From: Octopus bimaculoides
Taxonomy: Eukaryota
DNA length: 64,000 nucleotides
Reading direction: 5' to 3'
Assembly (NCBI RefSeq): GCF_001194135.2
Contig: NC_068999.1
Span: 1,602,821 to 1,666,820, forward strand
Shown: positions 25,766 to 39,774 of the stretch, piece by piece
Layout: each line of letters starts with the position of its first letter
How positions within the stretch are numbered: the stretch's first letter is position 1
Made by a program: the position numbers and the translations under genes
The notes under the pieces: generated by a model
The model's database searches: none
Told to the model about the DNA's origin: nothing
The model's input: only the letters and a program-made list of their open reading frames with translations

Positions 25766-26888
25766 TTTTTGAGGCTATTATACAGGAATAGAGAGGCGAA
25801 TATAATTCTCCGGAAACGAATTGTCACACTTGCTGCAACATAATATCTTTGGATTATTTTTTATTCTATTAAATCTTCCTTGTTTCTGTCAGACCATTCT
25901 AACCAAAGAAAAAGGCAATTTCAGGAATGCATTTGGGAAAACCACAAAGGAATTCACAACAAGCTTTGTCTGTTCATGTATAAATCATTGCTTCCTCCCC
26001 AACTCCTTTTTGTGTGTATATGTTTTGCAATGCAAACTATACGAGAGAGTAACTCTCCGATAAATGTGTGGCTTGCGGCTCATTTATGTATCCGCCATTG
26101 AGACCAAGTTCATTTTTCTATTTTTTTTATTTTCATTGTTTTTTTCTTCATTTATTTATATATTTATTTATTCATTTATGTACAAATCTTGCAACAGTTT
26201 CCTTTTTTCTGAGCATAACGAGAGCAGGATGGAACTGTAGCTGTCAATTTTGATCTAACTGAAAATGGTTCTCTGATCTATTACTTTAGTGAAATGGAAT
26301 CTTGCCACAGGAGCATATGTCTCCATAAACGAATAAAACGGACAGTTCAGTTAGCAACAAGGCCACAATTTTATAAAAGACACATTGACATTTAGAGAGT
26401 TTCTGGAAATTCTCGACTACTAATAATGTATTCCAATAAGGAATTACATAAGAGATTCTTACAATTCTATAAGGAATTGATGAAATCTAACACAATAGTA
26501 ACTTTGTCTCGAATGGATATGGTAAAAAATAATTTCACATGAAGTTAGGTCGTCCGATATAACTTTGAATATTTGGCATAGCGTCTTGTTCGTATATTCC
26601 TGCACAGTTTGAATATGTTAATGTTATAACGGAACTCGAATTCTTCCACGTCTGAGACAGTACTGCTGTTTTCACACATACATACACACACACACACATA
26701 TCAGCGTCTCAAATAATGACCACTCGATTAATTAAATATGAAAATTCTCATGGATCCATTGCAACGTCTGGCAGGCAGCCATCTTTCTAGAATTTCTGGC
26801 TTCTACATTAATATTTCTATTTCTGAGAACGTCGATATTCAAAATTTCAAGAGATGAATAAATGCATGTATGTATGTATGTATGTATG

Positions 26889-26937
<49 letters not shown>

Positions 26938-27187
26938 GTCTGTCTGTCTATGTATGTATGTATGTATTTATGTATGTATGTATGTATGTATGTATGTATG
27001 TATCTATCTATCTATATATATATATATATATATATATANNNNNNNNNNNNNNNNNNNNNNNNNNNNNNNNNNNNNNNNNNNNNNNNNNNNNNNNNNNNNN
27101 NNNNNNNNNNNNNNNNNNNNNNNNNNNNNNNNNNNNNNNNNNNNNNNNNNNNNNNNNNNNNNNNNNNNNNNNNNNNNNNNNNNNNNN

Positions 27188-27242
<55 letters not shown>

Positions 27243-28332
27243 CTTTTAACAGGACAACATACACACTAGAGAGGACAGTTAAAGAGCAAACCACGAATAA
27301 GTGTAATTTCAAAGGGAATGAAAAATAAAAACATTTCTATAGTTACCCCTAGACTGGAGTTTCTGAATTTATGTGTAAATAAATTAATTTGCCGTCTGTG
27401 CTTCTTCTGTAAGGGCGCTAAGATTAATGCATTTTATGCAGCACGCAGGATGCACGTGCTACAAACTTAGACATTCTAACTTTTCAAATCCACTGCGCAA
27501 CGCAGTTAAATTCAACAGCAAATAATAAAAAAAAATTTAGCTGCGTACAAAAAGAGCTTCGAAACTACGAAAATTTTACTGTGCAAATAATAAGGGTAGA
27601 AATTTTCGAGAAATTTTCTACCGGTGGAGAGCATGCATAACAAAGTCAATAGACAACTATTAAAGGTCACCTGATTTGAGTATATATACGTACACTATTT
27701 TATATGAAAAATTTGTGTGTGTGTTTGTGTTTATGTATGCATATATATACATATATATATATATNNNNNNNNNNAGCGTTCGACAGAATAATTAGTACGT
27801 ACAGCTCAAGACAGAATCTTAATATGCATTGCTTTCATTATATATTCTACAGTATCAGAAGAAGACACGTATTATGGAAATTAATCGTCATTTTCGCTTA
27901 CTTGTCAGCAATTTTCAAGTTCTTTTCGTGCTCTATTCTCTCTTTATTTCCTTGTACTCTTAGCTGTTGAGTCAGAATTGCCTAAGACCAGCTATGGTTA
28001 CAGATAGATATGATAATCATAAACATCTTCGAATTATCTTAAATTGATGTATATTTTATCTGGCTTCCTCTTCGTATAAATGTTACGGAATAAATTATCA
28101 ATGTTATATTTATTGATAACCAGCATATATTTCAATATAGTCCACTTTATTCCAAGATATTCCATTCTCAATCGTCCATTAACAGGAAGTTACATCCATA
28201 TATATNNNNNNNNNNNNNNNNNNNNNNNNNNNNNNNNNNNNNNNNNNNNNNNNNNNNNNNNNNNNNNNNNNNNNNNNNNNNNNNNNNNNNNNNNNNNNNN
28301 NNNNNNNNNNNNNNNNNNNNNNNNNNNNNNNN

Positions 28333-28366
<34 letters not shown>

Positions 28367-28789
28367 TTGGAAAAGGATGCGTGGCGTTCGATCATATAAT
28401 AATAGAAATAATATAGATATATGCATATATCCATACATATATGTACATGCCTACGTCTATATGTATACATACATGCATAAATGTGTACAGGACATCACAA
28501 AAAGCGTTAAACACAATGAGAAACGAAAACATAAAAACGTTTCTCTTCCTAAATCAGAATTTTTACCAATTGTAACCAAATATGCTGCCTAGTCTCTCTG
28601 GAGACGAAAATAATGATCTTATTACTTCCAATAATGATATATTTTATGTTTATATAATATTTTATGTCAATAAATTATACAAAATATAAACACAAGTAGA
28701 CAAAAGGAAACGCACACTCATTTGAGTAAAGGGTTTGTTTGATAACTTCCACCTCAGATTAAATTTCTGATTAATTTATTGAAAATCAA

Positions 28790-29080
28790 ACAGCAGGAAA
28801 AAGAAGAAGACTTTTAGCAATATTCGAACTCAGAATGTAAAACTTCGCAGCTGAAAACATTTTCTCCATTGATGCGTCCAACCAACCATAGCATTCCTCT
28901 CATTAATATTTATTCAATCCTGCCAATAGCGAAATGTCACAATTCATTGATAATCTTTCTCTGGTTTATTTTCACGACCTTAAATGGATGAAAGATTGAT
29001 CCGACTTCGGTAGGATTAGGAACCCGGAACGCACAGAGATGTGGCTAAATAACGCAACGTATTTTCTCCATCTTTGGTAT
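28790..29080 (-). mobile_element. Old SINE family A relic(s)
   Basis: attcgaactcagaatgtaaa and atggatgaaagattgatccgacttcggtaggattaggaacccggaacg match reverse-complemented family A. Confidence 0.5.
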
Positions 29081-29613
29081 TCCGCAACTGTTTTCAGTAA
29101 AAATAGTAATCACAGACTGATGCTACTCAGAGAGTTATAAAGATTATATGCATCAACACTGGAAACATTTTCTGACATAACTAGAATATAATCTATAAAA
29201 AAAAATCAACTAATGAGAGACAAAAGTATTTAAAAATATGATCAAAGGAAAATATAACGGAATATTTATTTGTATTGTTGATCAAACACAAAAGCGGTAA
29301 TAATTAGTGGACAGGTGTAGAAGCGTGTGACGAAATAGTTTGATATCAACAACTACAAGTTTGGCAGAAACATGAATATCACATATAAGAGCTTTTTTAT
29401 TAAGAAATCTAAATATTTGTTACTGGTTTGGTTTCGAGGAAATGGCTAAACGGATGCTCTTCACGGACACTGTCAAGAAAAAACAGAACAGTATGCAGGG
29501 TTCAAGAAGGGTGATGCTATGTATTGACACTAATGGGTGTGGTGGTGGGTGTTTGCTTGGGATGGGTATAGTATGAGGTAATTTGGTAAGGTAAACAAAT
29601 AATTCGATCATAC

Positions 29614-29770
29614 CTCAGCGCGAATGAGAGGTGACCAGCTAGATGCCGCTGCTAAAGTGCTGAATAGGGGAGGCGTGAGGAAATAATCAGCACATCTGTG
29701 GACAAGAGGCTGGAAGTATTTTTGAGAGATTTCATATTCGTCATAGACATGGCATTTCTGTGGATGAATT
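29614..29770 (-). CDS. Candidate exon (..KCHVYDEYEISQKYFQPLVHRCADYFLTPPLFSTLAAASSWSPLIRAE)
   Basis: Strong GAG|gtatga donor; acceptors giving exon starts at 29770 (weak) or 29695 (cctcttgtccacag); open frame, raised GC. Confidence 0.2.
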
Positions 29771-29818
29771 CTAAGATTTTGTATGTGTGTGTGTGTAGAG
29801 AGAGAGAAAGAGAGAGAT

Positions 29819-29871
<53 letters not shown>

Positions 29872-30710
29872 TAGGTAGACACATATAAACATACCTACCT
29901 ATATACATATATACATCCAAGTACACAAATACATATACTTTCCAGAAGTTTATCATTTAAGTATATATGAGCATGTTGAGATATGGAACGATATGCATGA
30001 GAATACATACATAAAACAAACCATTCAAATCTGCACATATACATACATACACACATACACGCATACATACATACACGCATACATACATACATACATACAT
30101 ACATACAGGCATACGTACATACGTAATACATACATAAAAGCAAAAATACCCTGTTGATGATGTTGAAATTCCAATGAAGGAGCCTTGGGTCTACGTTAGA
30201 ACCTGGCTCTTTCTCTATTGACAAGAAATCTTGAAACAAAAAAAAACTGAACAATGCCATGCATACATATATGCATACGTCCGTCCGTCCGTACGTACAT
30301 AGACAACCGCGGCATATCAGCAAAATTTCCAGAGTTGACAACCAGCAAAAATGGTAACGATAGAAGAAGGCTTGGCGACAATTCTGAAAGTTACAGAAAC
30401 ACAGTTTTTCAAAGACCGGAGAGTCTGATGCTTTGTTGCTCTTTTTTTAAATCAATGCTGCAATGATTCAAGACTTTGTAATACATTTCCATGAATTTTA
30501 TTGTATTTAAGAATTTTATTTTAGGTTCTATTTGCTTTTAATTATTTATTCCTCTATTTCTAATTTTATTTTGAATCCAAAGAAAATTTTGAAGAATGGA
30601 GAGGACGTTTGGCATGTTTTTTTTTTCTCTTTACACAATAAGAGCCAACTAGCGGGAGATCTGGAATGAAATGAGAGAAATGTATTAGAGCGTGGTGGGA
30701 AATGTGTTAA

Positions 30711-30744
<34 letters not shown>

Positions 30745-31386
30745 ATACACATTACTGTGTGTATGCATATATATATATATACATACATGCGCATGCATAT
30801 GTATTNNNNNNNNNNNNNNNNNNNNNNNNNNNNNNNNNNNNNNNNNNNNNNNNNNNNNNNNNNNNNNNNNNNNNNNNNNNNNNNNNNNNNNNNNNNNNNN
30901 NNNNNNNNNNNNNNNNNNNNNNNNNNNNNNNNNNNNNNNNNNNNNNNNNNNNNNNNNNNNNNNNNNNNNNNNNNNNNNNNNNNNNNNNNNNNNNNNNNNN
31001 NNNNNNNNNNNNNNNNNNNNNNNNNNNNNNNNNNNNNNNNNNNNNNNNNNNNNNNNNNNNNNNNNNNNNNNNNNNNNNNNNNNNNNNNNNNNNNNNNNNN
31101 NNNNNNNNNNNNNNNNNNNNNNNNNNNNNNNNNNNNNNNNNNNNNNNNNNNNNNNNNNNNNNNNNNNNNNNNNNNNNNNNNNNNNNNNNNNNNNNNNNNN
31201 NNNNNNNNNNNNNNNNNNNNATATATATATATATATATACGCATATGATACACACACATTTATATGTATGTGCGCGTGAGGCTGGATATGTACGTGTGTG
31301 CGTGCGTGTATTCATACGTAAAGGCAATGTTTATTTATTCATTTATATAAACATACATGTACTTGTATACACAGGAGCATAAGAAG

Positions 31387-31422
<36 letters not shown>

Positions 31423-31481
31423 AACATACGCATACCCACATATATTATGTGTATATATATGTGTGTGTGTGTGTGTATTCC

Positions 31482-31517
<36 letters not shown>

Positions 31518-31524
31518 CATACAC

Positions 31525-31563
<39 letters not shown>

Positions 31564-31567
31564 CATG

Positions 31568-31606
<39 letters not shown>

Positions 31607-31690
31607 ATGTGTGTGTGTGTGTGTATATATATATATGTATGTATGTATGTGTATATATATATATCAGAAGACATGCACATGCGCACATAG

Positions 31691-31832
31691 GACTCAATTA
31701 TTGCTACTGGAGGCGAATATTTCCGAATAGAATACGGAAAATTAGTAGATATTGTGAATACAAGAGTAGAAAACTTGAAGACCGGCAGCTTTCACTACGA
31801 TTACAAAAGACATGAGTGCGGGAAATTCTATG
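31691..31832 (+). CDS. Candidate coding exon ([47 protein letters not shown])
   Basis: 142-nt unique island between microsatellites; frame opens exactly after an AG (31689-31690) and ends at ATG|gtaaat; acceptor pyrimidine tract is weak. Confidence 0.3.
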
Positions 31833-34159
31833 GTAAATTATGTTATATTTTAGTCTTAATAAGAAAAGTTATAAAGGAAAGCGAAATATCCGATAGTTCT
31901 CACTCGTTGTCCCTCTATGCTATTGTGTGTGAGTGTGTGCCTGTGTGTGCGTGTGTCTATGTGTGCGTCGAATTGTATGTGTGTACGTGCAGACCTCTGT
32001 TATTGTGTGCACTCATATATATATANNNNNNNNNNNNNNNNNNNNNNNNNNNNNNNNNNNNNNNNNNNNNNNNNNNNNNNNNNNNNNNNNNNNNNNNNNN
32101 NNNNNNNNNNNNNNNNNNNNNNNNNNNNNNNNNNNNNNNNNNNNNNNNNNNNNNNNNNNNNNNNNNNNNNNNNNNNNNNNNNNNNNNNNNNNNNNNNNNN
32201 NNNNNNNNNNNNNNNNNNNNNNNNNNNNNNNNNNNNNNNNNNNNNNNNNNNNNNNNNNNNNNNNNNNNNNNNNNNNNNNNNNNNNNNNNNNNNNNNNNNN
32301 NNNNNNNNNNNNNNNNNNNNNNNNNNNNNNNNNNNNNNNNNNNNNNNNNNNNNNNNNNNNNNNNNNNNNNNNNNNNNNNNNNNNNNNNNNNNNNNNNNNN
32401 NNNNNNNNNNNNNNNNNNNNNNNNNNNNNNNNNNNNNNNNNNNNNNNNNNNNNNNNNNNNNNNNNNNNNNNNNNNNNNNNNNNNNNNNNNNNNNNNNNNN
32501 NNNNNNNNNNNNNNNNNNNNNNNNNNNNNNNNNNNNNNNNNNNNNNNNNNNNNNNNNNNNNNNNNNNNNNNNNNNNNNNNNNNNNNNNNNNNNNNNNNNN
32601 NNNNNNNNNNNNNNNNNNNNNNNNNNNNNNNNNNNNNNNNNNNNNNNNNNNNNNNNNNNNNNNNNNNNNNNNNNNNNNNNNNNNNNNNNNNNNNNNNNNN
32701 NNNNNNNNNNNNNNNNNNNNNNNNNNNNNNNNNNNNNNNNNNNNNNNNNNNNNNNNNNNNNNNNNNNNNNNNNNNNNNNNNNNNNNNNNNNNNNNNNNNN
32801 NNNNNNNNNNNNNNNNNNNNNNNNNNNNNNNNNNNNNNNNNNNNNNNNATATATACACTCACACACACACTACACTCATATTTGTATATATTGACATATA
32901 TGAATATATAAATATATACATATATAGTATATATATTTACACATGTATCTGTGTGTGTGTGTTTGTGGATGTGTGGATGTGGTCATATAACGCATACACA
33001 CGCGTAGATACACACAGATGTGTAATATAAATGCGTGTATGCGCATATAGTTGTATATAAATTATAAAGAGAGAATGAAGGAAACTGAGGTCGCTGTTGA
33101 GAGATGTATTTATATGTATATATATATTTATGTGCAGATATGTATATATGCATATATAAGCATACATGTGTCTATATATATATTTATATGTATATATATG
33201 TATTATATGTATATATATGTATGTATGTACATATATGTATGCGATTGTGTGTATATGGGTGTGTGTGTGTATTTATCAACTTCACTATCTTGACCGACCG
33301 TCTGTCCGGCCTGGTTTCGACACCACTGGTCAGTGTACGCCATCCATTCATCTCTATATACAAAGTGTATGTGCGTATTTGTACACACATATTTTATTTT
33401 ATGTTTGTGCAATGAATAAAACGCAGCCAGATTGTGTTATTCTGCTGATCTTCCATAATATCCACATATAACATATTCTGGTGAACAATGACACCTATTT
33501 ACCTTGAAATAAGCGAGCACCTGTTATTCTTCCGACTTTGGTATGCGGTTTGATTTTATATTTTGTACACCGTATCTTCTTCAATTATAATCTTCCGAGA
33601 GAAAATCATCCTCAATCAGTTTCTTTTCAAGTATGCGGCTCTTAGCTTATAAATTTTCTCTTACGATTTGAGAGATCTTGTCTGAAGCTCGAATCAATTC
33701 ACCGAAGAAAGAACCAATTCTGATTTTTGTCCGTTTTTCTCTTTTCTATTGTTCATTTTCCAATTATTTTAGCAAAATTCAAACATTAGCGAGTGTCACG
33801 GAAAGAAATATATATATAAAACACAAGTGCTAAAAAATATGTCAGTGAAACAAAATAAATACTGCCATTGACATTGGAAGTAATTGGAATGGAATTTCAA
33901 CGACTTTCTAAGGTTCTTCATCTCAGTGAGAGACGCTGTCGAATACCATCAAGATTTATTGAGATTTTTGGTGTCACGAAAGATTTCCATACTCGGATGT
34001 AAACATGCCAATGCAAGAATGTTAAACAACAGAACTACGTCCGAAGAATATATCATATTATGAACCAGCATGGCTGCAATTCTCAATCTGAAACTAGGAA
34101 ACCGATATTATGCATTGTCATATATAATATATGTATACATACATACATTCATACATACG

Positions 34160-34313
34160 TAAGTGGCTGTATGGTAAGAACCTTGCTTCCCAACATCATA
34201 GTTCCGGTTTCATGTCCACGGCGTGGCAACTTGGGCAAGTGTCGTTTACTACAGCCTCGGGCTGACCAAAGCCTTGTGAGCGGATTTGCTAGACGGAAAC
34301 TGACAGAGGCCTG

Positions 34314-34386
<73 letters not shown>

Positions 34387-34620
34387 GTACGTATCTATGT
34401 ATGCATGTATGTATATATGTATTTGTGTGTCTGTGTTTGTCACCACCTCCACCAACGCTTGACAACCAATTTTGGTGTAGCTACATTTCCATAACTTAGT
34501 GGTTCGGGAAAGAGAATAATAAAATATTCACCAGGCTTAAAAAGAATAAGTCAAGCGGTCAACTTCTTCGACTAAAAGATGGGGATCCAGCATGACCCCA
34601 GCCAAATTACGGTAACAAGT
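34160..34620 (+). mobile_element. SINE family B, full length
   Basis: gtggctgtatggtaag (A box) ...gttccggtttcatgtcc (B box)...ttgggcaagtgtc (CORE-like)...gaccaaagccttgtgag...(CA)n(TA)n...ttgacaacc...ccagcatg tail. Confidence 0.92.
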
Positions 34621-34621
34621 A

Positions 34622-34663
<42 letters not shown>

Positions 34664-34686
34664 CAAAATGAGCCCTACCAATATTT

Positions 34687-34855
34687 CAAAGGTCCAGTCT
34701 CTTATTACATTCTGTGTCACGCTGCATCTCCCTGTGATCTACGTTAAGTGTATGCATGTCCGTGGAGCACTCAGCCACTTTTATGTTCATTTTACGAATA
34801 GGTTGTTCCATTGATCGAATCAACTGCAACACTCATTGTCGCAACCGACGGTGAA
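34687..34855 (+). mobile_element. SINE family C 3' tail
   Basis: aaaggtccagtctc..ctgtgtcacgctgcatctccctg..ctacgttaag matches the reverse complement of the 52808 copy tail. Confidence 0.7.
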
Positions 34856-35419
34856 CCAGTTACAATATGAAATACAAAATATAATGTAGAACATGGAATA
34901 AGATCGAATATTCTATCACAGAGCACATATTTCTCTCGGTCGGTATTTCCTTCTGTCGTTCTTAACTTCTTTTCCATTTGCTTCGTGTGTTACTTATTTA
35001 TTTGTGTTGTTATTTATGATTCCAAGAAATCTGTCTCCCAGAGATGATGGAGCTAATGCGATGCAAAATATAAGAAGGTCAATTGATTAACAATACTTTA
35101 TTGCTTCTGGTTGGACCCAGAAGAATTATGACAAACAGGAAGAATAGAAGAGAATGAGAATATAAATGAAAAAACAATGACAAATATAAGACAAAAGCAA
35201 GAAGAAAAGCAACGACGTTGATGCCACAGAACACAATTTATCTTAGAATCGTGTCTTTGAATGTATTCGTTCGAATAGGTTTTAATAAAGACCATAATGT
35301 ATACGCAATGCATACTTAAAAGTAAATATGTGCAGTTATATATACGTAAGTCTGTATATACATATATGTATGTATGTACATATATACATATGAGTATATA
35401 TTCATACATACATATATAA

Positions 35420-35474
<55 letters not shown>

Positions 35475-36527
35475 NNNNNNNNNNNNNNNNNNNNNNNNNN
35501 NNNNNNNNNNNNNNNNNNNNNNNNNNNNNNNNNNNNNNNNNNNNNNNNNNNNNNNNNNNNNNNNNNNNNNNNNNNNNNNNNNNNNNNNNNNNNNNNNNNN
35601 NNNNNNNNNNNNNNNNNNNNNNNNNNNNNNNNNNNNNNNNNNNNNNNNNNNNNNNNNNNNNNNNNNNNNNNNNNNNNNNNNNNNNNNNNNNNNNNNNNNN
35701 NNNNNNNNNNNNNNNNNNNNNNNNNNNNNNNNNNNNNNNNNNNNNNNNNNNNNNNNNNNNNNNNNNNNNNNNNNNNNNNNNNNNNNNNNNNNNNNNNNNN
35801 NNNNNNNNNNNNNNNNNNNNNNNNNNNNNNNNNNNNNNNNNNNNNNNNNNNNNNNNNNNNNNNNNNNNNNNNNNNNNNNNNNNNNNNNNNNNNNNNNNNN
35901 NNNNNNNNNNNNNNNNNNNNNNNNNNNNNNNNNNNNNNNNATATATATATATATATACATTTATGGATGTACAGAGAGGGAAGAAAAAGAGAGAAAGAGA
36001 AGACAGATCTGTATAAGTAGGTGTCTATATAAGAATACATATCAGCATACGCACACAGGGTCATAACTATCGCGAGATATACGGCTGGCCATAATATATG
36101 ATATAATAAATTAAAACAGTAAACAGTTGATACAACATTTTATTCTCGTCGCTTCCATTATGTCAGTGTTTGACTGCAACAATATTTTACTTGGTTCATA
36201 CTAACAACATTACATTCCAAAAACATATAATTTAACACATTGCATATAACACAAGGAAACCAAACTCGCAGACAAGAGTTTTATTGGAGTTTATACACGT
36301 AATACAAGAGATAGCAGGAAATATGAAAACGAATCAACTTTCTGGTTTGGCGGGATTAGAGATTATCCGTGATATTTGAGATTAAACTAAGAGGAAAAAG
36401 CTGATTAGAAATATTCATTTATTTTTTATATATGTATTTCATTATTTTTATATTGTGGTGTCTTTTTGGTACTTAGTATGTTTCATTTGTCTACGTATAT
36501 AATAGATATATATATAAATCGAAATAG

Positions 36528-36590
36528 ATGCGCCCTTTTAAAGCCTAGCAAGGCTCATGGGCCAGGTTTCCCGGTTTCAATGGCGTATGT
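36528..36590 (-). mobile_element. SINE family D tail fragment
   Basis: tgcgcccttttaaagcctagcaaggctcatgggccaggtttcccggtttcaatggcg; reverse complement matches 22395-22435. Confidence 0.65.
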
Positions 36591-36645
36591 ATATTATATA
36601 TATAGAGACATACATATATATCTATATCTCTCTCTCTCTATACGA

Positions 36646-36712
<67 letters not shown>

Positions 36713-36719
36713 TCTATGA

Positions 36720-36835
36720 GTGACGTGATTCACCACAATTTCTACTCAGACACTTTCTCAACGTGCTGCACACTGTGATTGAACCGGAGCTGACGTCGTT
36801 GAGAAGCGAGCCTCTTAACTTCTCAGTCAGCCGTG
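36720..36835 (-). mobile_element. SINE family B 5' head fragment
   Basis: Minus strand ggctgactgagaagttaagaggctcgcttctcaac...ccggttcaatcacagtgtgcagcacgttgagaaagtgtc. Confidence 0.6.
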
Positions 36836-37394
36836 ATATACGTCTCAGACTGACAGCTGATAAAGTCTACTTCGAGAAACATGTGAAATCGAAAATATCA
36901 AATTGAACAAAACCCATGACTACTGAGTGCGGTTTCATATTTTCCATATTCCAAGAGGCCTTCGGTTAAATGATGTCATCACGGAAAAGGTTAATTAATT
37001 GTTATTTGCTCATTGCTTGGATGATGAACACAATACGATCCTAGTGCCAAGTGTTAATATTTTTCACTGAAATAGGGAGATAATTCATATTAATATTTGC
37101 AAGCCACGCTAGTATTACTTCTTCGTCTGCAGATATTTATCATGTCAGGAACACTGACAATAATTTCTTTTTTTAATATGAATTAATAACTGTGTCAGCA
37201 TTGAGACAATATCTCTATTGTAGAGTTGACATTTCAATTTCAATAATCACGCGATTTTAGTTATCACGGTCGCCGTTATTAGTGTCGGCGTAGTTTGTCT
37301 CGTTTTCCCAGATTCCGACGCGTTTCATATGACTCTGCACCGAACTTGTTGATGGGGTGAGGGGGTTATAGGGAACCTTTTACTTTTGTTTTTG

Positions 37395-37655
37395 ATGATG
37401 ATGATGATGATGACAACGACGACGAAGGCGACAGCGGTGATGGTGATGATCATGGTGTTCATGATGAAGGGTTGTGGTGATGATGATCTTAACTTGTATG
37501 TTAATTCATCATCATCATTATCGTCATCGTCGTCGTCATCATCATTATAATCATCATCATCATTATCGTCATCATCATTATAATCATCATCATCAACAAC
37601 AACGTCATCATCATTATCATCATTATAATCATCATCATCATCACTATCATCATTT
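37395..37655. repeat. Decayed (GAT)n then (CAT)n trinucleotide field
   Basis: Direct reading; source of the poly-His ORF at 37474. Confidence 0.9.
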
Positions 37656-38198
37656 GCAAATTAATATGAAAATTAAATCAATTTGCGTGTTTTTCGGAAA
37701 GAAAATGTGATTGTTGTCTGAAGGCAAGGGCCACCTCTGACCTGTTTCACACCGTTAAGATTCCTTCTTCATGTAAATGTGGCCTCTTCAGTAATCCTTT
37801 GAGTCATTTATTCTTAACTGCACGAAATTATCTCCCCATTCTAATAACTGCCGCTAGGTGTCTGTAAATTTTTCTCCCTTCCAAAAAATGAAAAAAAAAA
37901 AGAAAAAAAAAGGAAGAAAATTCAGAAATAAACGGAAATTTCAATTACGGATTTCTAGTCTTTATTTAATTTATTTATTATTTTTTTTTTTGCGTGCGTC
38001 ACATTCTCTCTTAACATATTTACAGTAATTTATATTTTTGGCCCGTTTGACTTATTTCACTGAAATTGTGNNNNNNNNNNNNNNNNNNNNNNNNNNNNNN
38101 NNNNNNNNNNNNNNNNNNNNNNNNNNNNNNNNNNNNNNNNNNNNNNNNNNNNNNNNNNNNNNNNNNNNNNNNNNNNNNNNNNNNNNNNNNNNNNNNNN

Positions 38199-38230
<32 letters not shown>

Positions 38231-38758
38231 GTGTGTTAGAATCTGCCATTAAGATTTCGACAGATGACAATTCCAATTTAGCAATCAGGCTACCATAGCT
38301 ATCATGTCGTCTATCGACGTCTGTTTCTTCTATTTTCCCTGACACGGCTGCTTTTGATATTTCTCTCTAAATTCTTCGTTATTCTTCTTGTTGTTAATGT
38401 TGTTGTAGGTTCTTTCGTTGTTGTAGTAGTTTGTGTTATTACTTGAGTTGTACCTTTGATTGTTTTCTTTTAAGTCCAATGAAAAATCCTTCATCTTGTC
38501 GTTTATCTTTTTTCCTCAGAGAAATTGTATGGTGCTGTTATTGTTGTTATTGTTGCTGTAAGGTGCTGCTGCTGCTTGCTGGCGCCGTCCTCGTTGTTGT
38601 TCTTCATATTCCTGCTGTTTTTGTTGTTAGCTTTATCGTTTTCATTTCGGAGCTGTCATGTAGTTTCCGTTGATTGTTATGTTTTATACGCTTTAGTCTC
38701 ACTCTAGTTGCAGTTATCGTTGTCATCGATTTCCTTATACTTATTGAGTTATTGATCA

Positions 38759-38885
38759 GAGCACGTGGTCTCATGGTTAGCGCTCTGCACGCGCTATTGC
38801 AAAATCGTGACTCGCATTCTGGGGCGGGCGTTGTGCTCTTGCGCAAAACCTTTCATGCCACGTTGCTGCTCACCAATGAACTATA
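38759..38885 (+). mobile_element. tRNA-headed CORE-like SINE 5' fragment (family C)
   Basis: gagcacgtggtctcatggttagcgc (A box)...ttgtgctcttgcgcaaaacctttcatgccacgttgctg. Confidence 0.7.
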
Positions 38886-39399
38886 AATTAGAAAAACTTC
38901 AAGGGGCCATTGATTAGTAAATCTTCAAGGGGGTGCTGCCCCGTTAAAAGGGAAAGTGATATCAGTCACTTATACACCATGGAAAGATGGCAGCTTGCCT
39001 TAAGAGTCTTAGGATTCGAGACAGTACTTACCTTACATTTCTTGTTATCGATATAGTTTTACAATATTTTTTTCTTTTAAAAAAGTGAACTTATATCATT
39101 GCTGCTCTGGTCTGTATGATGAGTTTTGGATTGCGAGAATCTTTACAGCATCAAAAAGGATGCCATCTGGTATTTCTTTCGGCTGGTTTTGTTCTGAGAA
39201 AAAAGCCTCTTTTCTTTCTAATGTCGATAAAATAAAGAATAGCTAAGTACTGGAGTCGATGTTAACGACATATACCCTCCCCTTACATACTGGAAAGTCC
39301 CAAAGAATCGTTACATTTTCGCCCTCAGTTACATCCACTGGGTGTTGCTTATACTATTTGTCAACGGTTTTTATTTCATAATGCCGACATAATAACCAA

Positions 39400-39469
39400 T
39401 GTAGATTTTGGACGAAATGCCGCAAGGCATTTTACCTAGCGTACTAACTATTCTGCCGGCTCGCCACTT

Positions 39470-39470
<1 letters not shown>
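39400..39470 (-). mobile_element. SINE family A head fragment
   Basis: ggacgaaatgccgcaaggcatttt...taactattctgccggctcgcc is the reverse complement of the family A 5' end. Confidence 0.7.
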
Positions 39471-39513
<43 letters not shown>

Positions 39514-39743
39514 TACAAGGTATATAATGATGATGACAATGATATCCACACTGGTATTTCATTTGGTATTTTCTTTCCCGATTTATAACATCCAACTAAA
39601 GTTTATTCTTTTGTTAACATCTTGTCAAATGTGTTTTTATCTTATTATTCCTTTCTAGCTCTCAGTGTTTTCGTATTCATTTATATTTTTATTCCTGCTG
39701 TTTTTATTCATTTATTTATTCATTTATGTCTGTGAATATTCAT

Positions 39744-39774
<31 letters not shown>

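Noticed and set aside
36070-36090. tatacggctggccataat as a Tc1/mariner-like TIR
   Set aside because: No matching inverted partner found nearby.
37300-37345. GAAACGCGTC palindrome (minus strand) resembling hammerhead stem III
   Set aside because: The upstream CUGANGA box needs two or more substitutions and stem II does not form.
39090-39195. Minus-strand acceptor cttttttctcag followed by EQNQPKEIPDGILFDAVKILAIQNSSYRPEQQ*
   Set aside because: All frames close before the downstream AAG|gtaagt donor; no supporting neighbouring exon.
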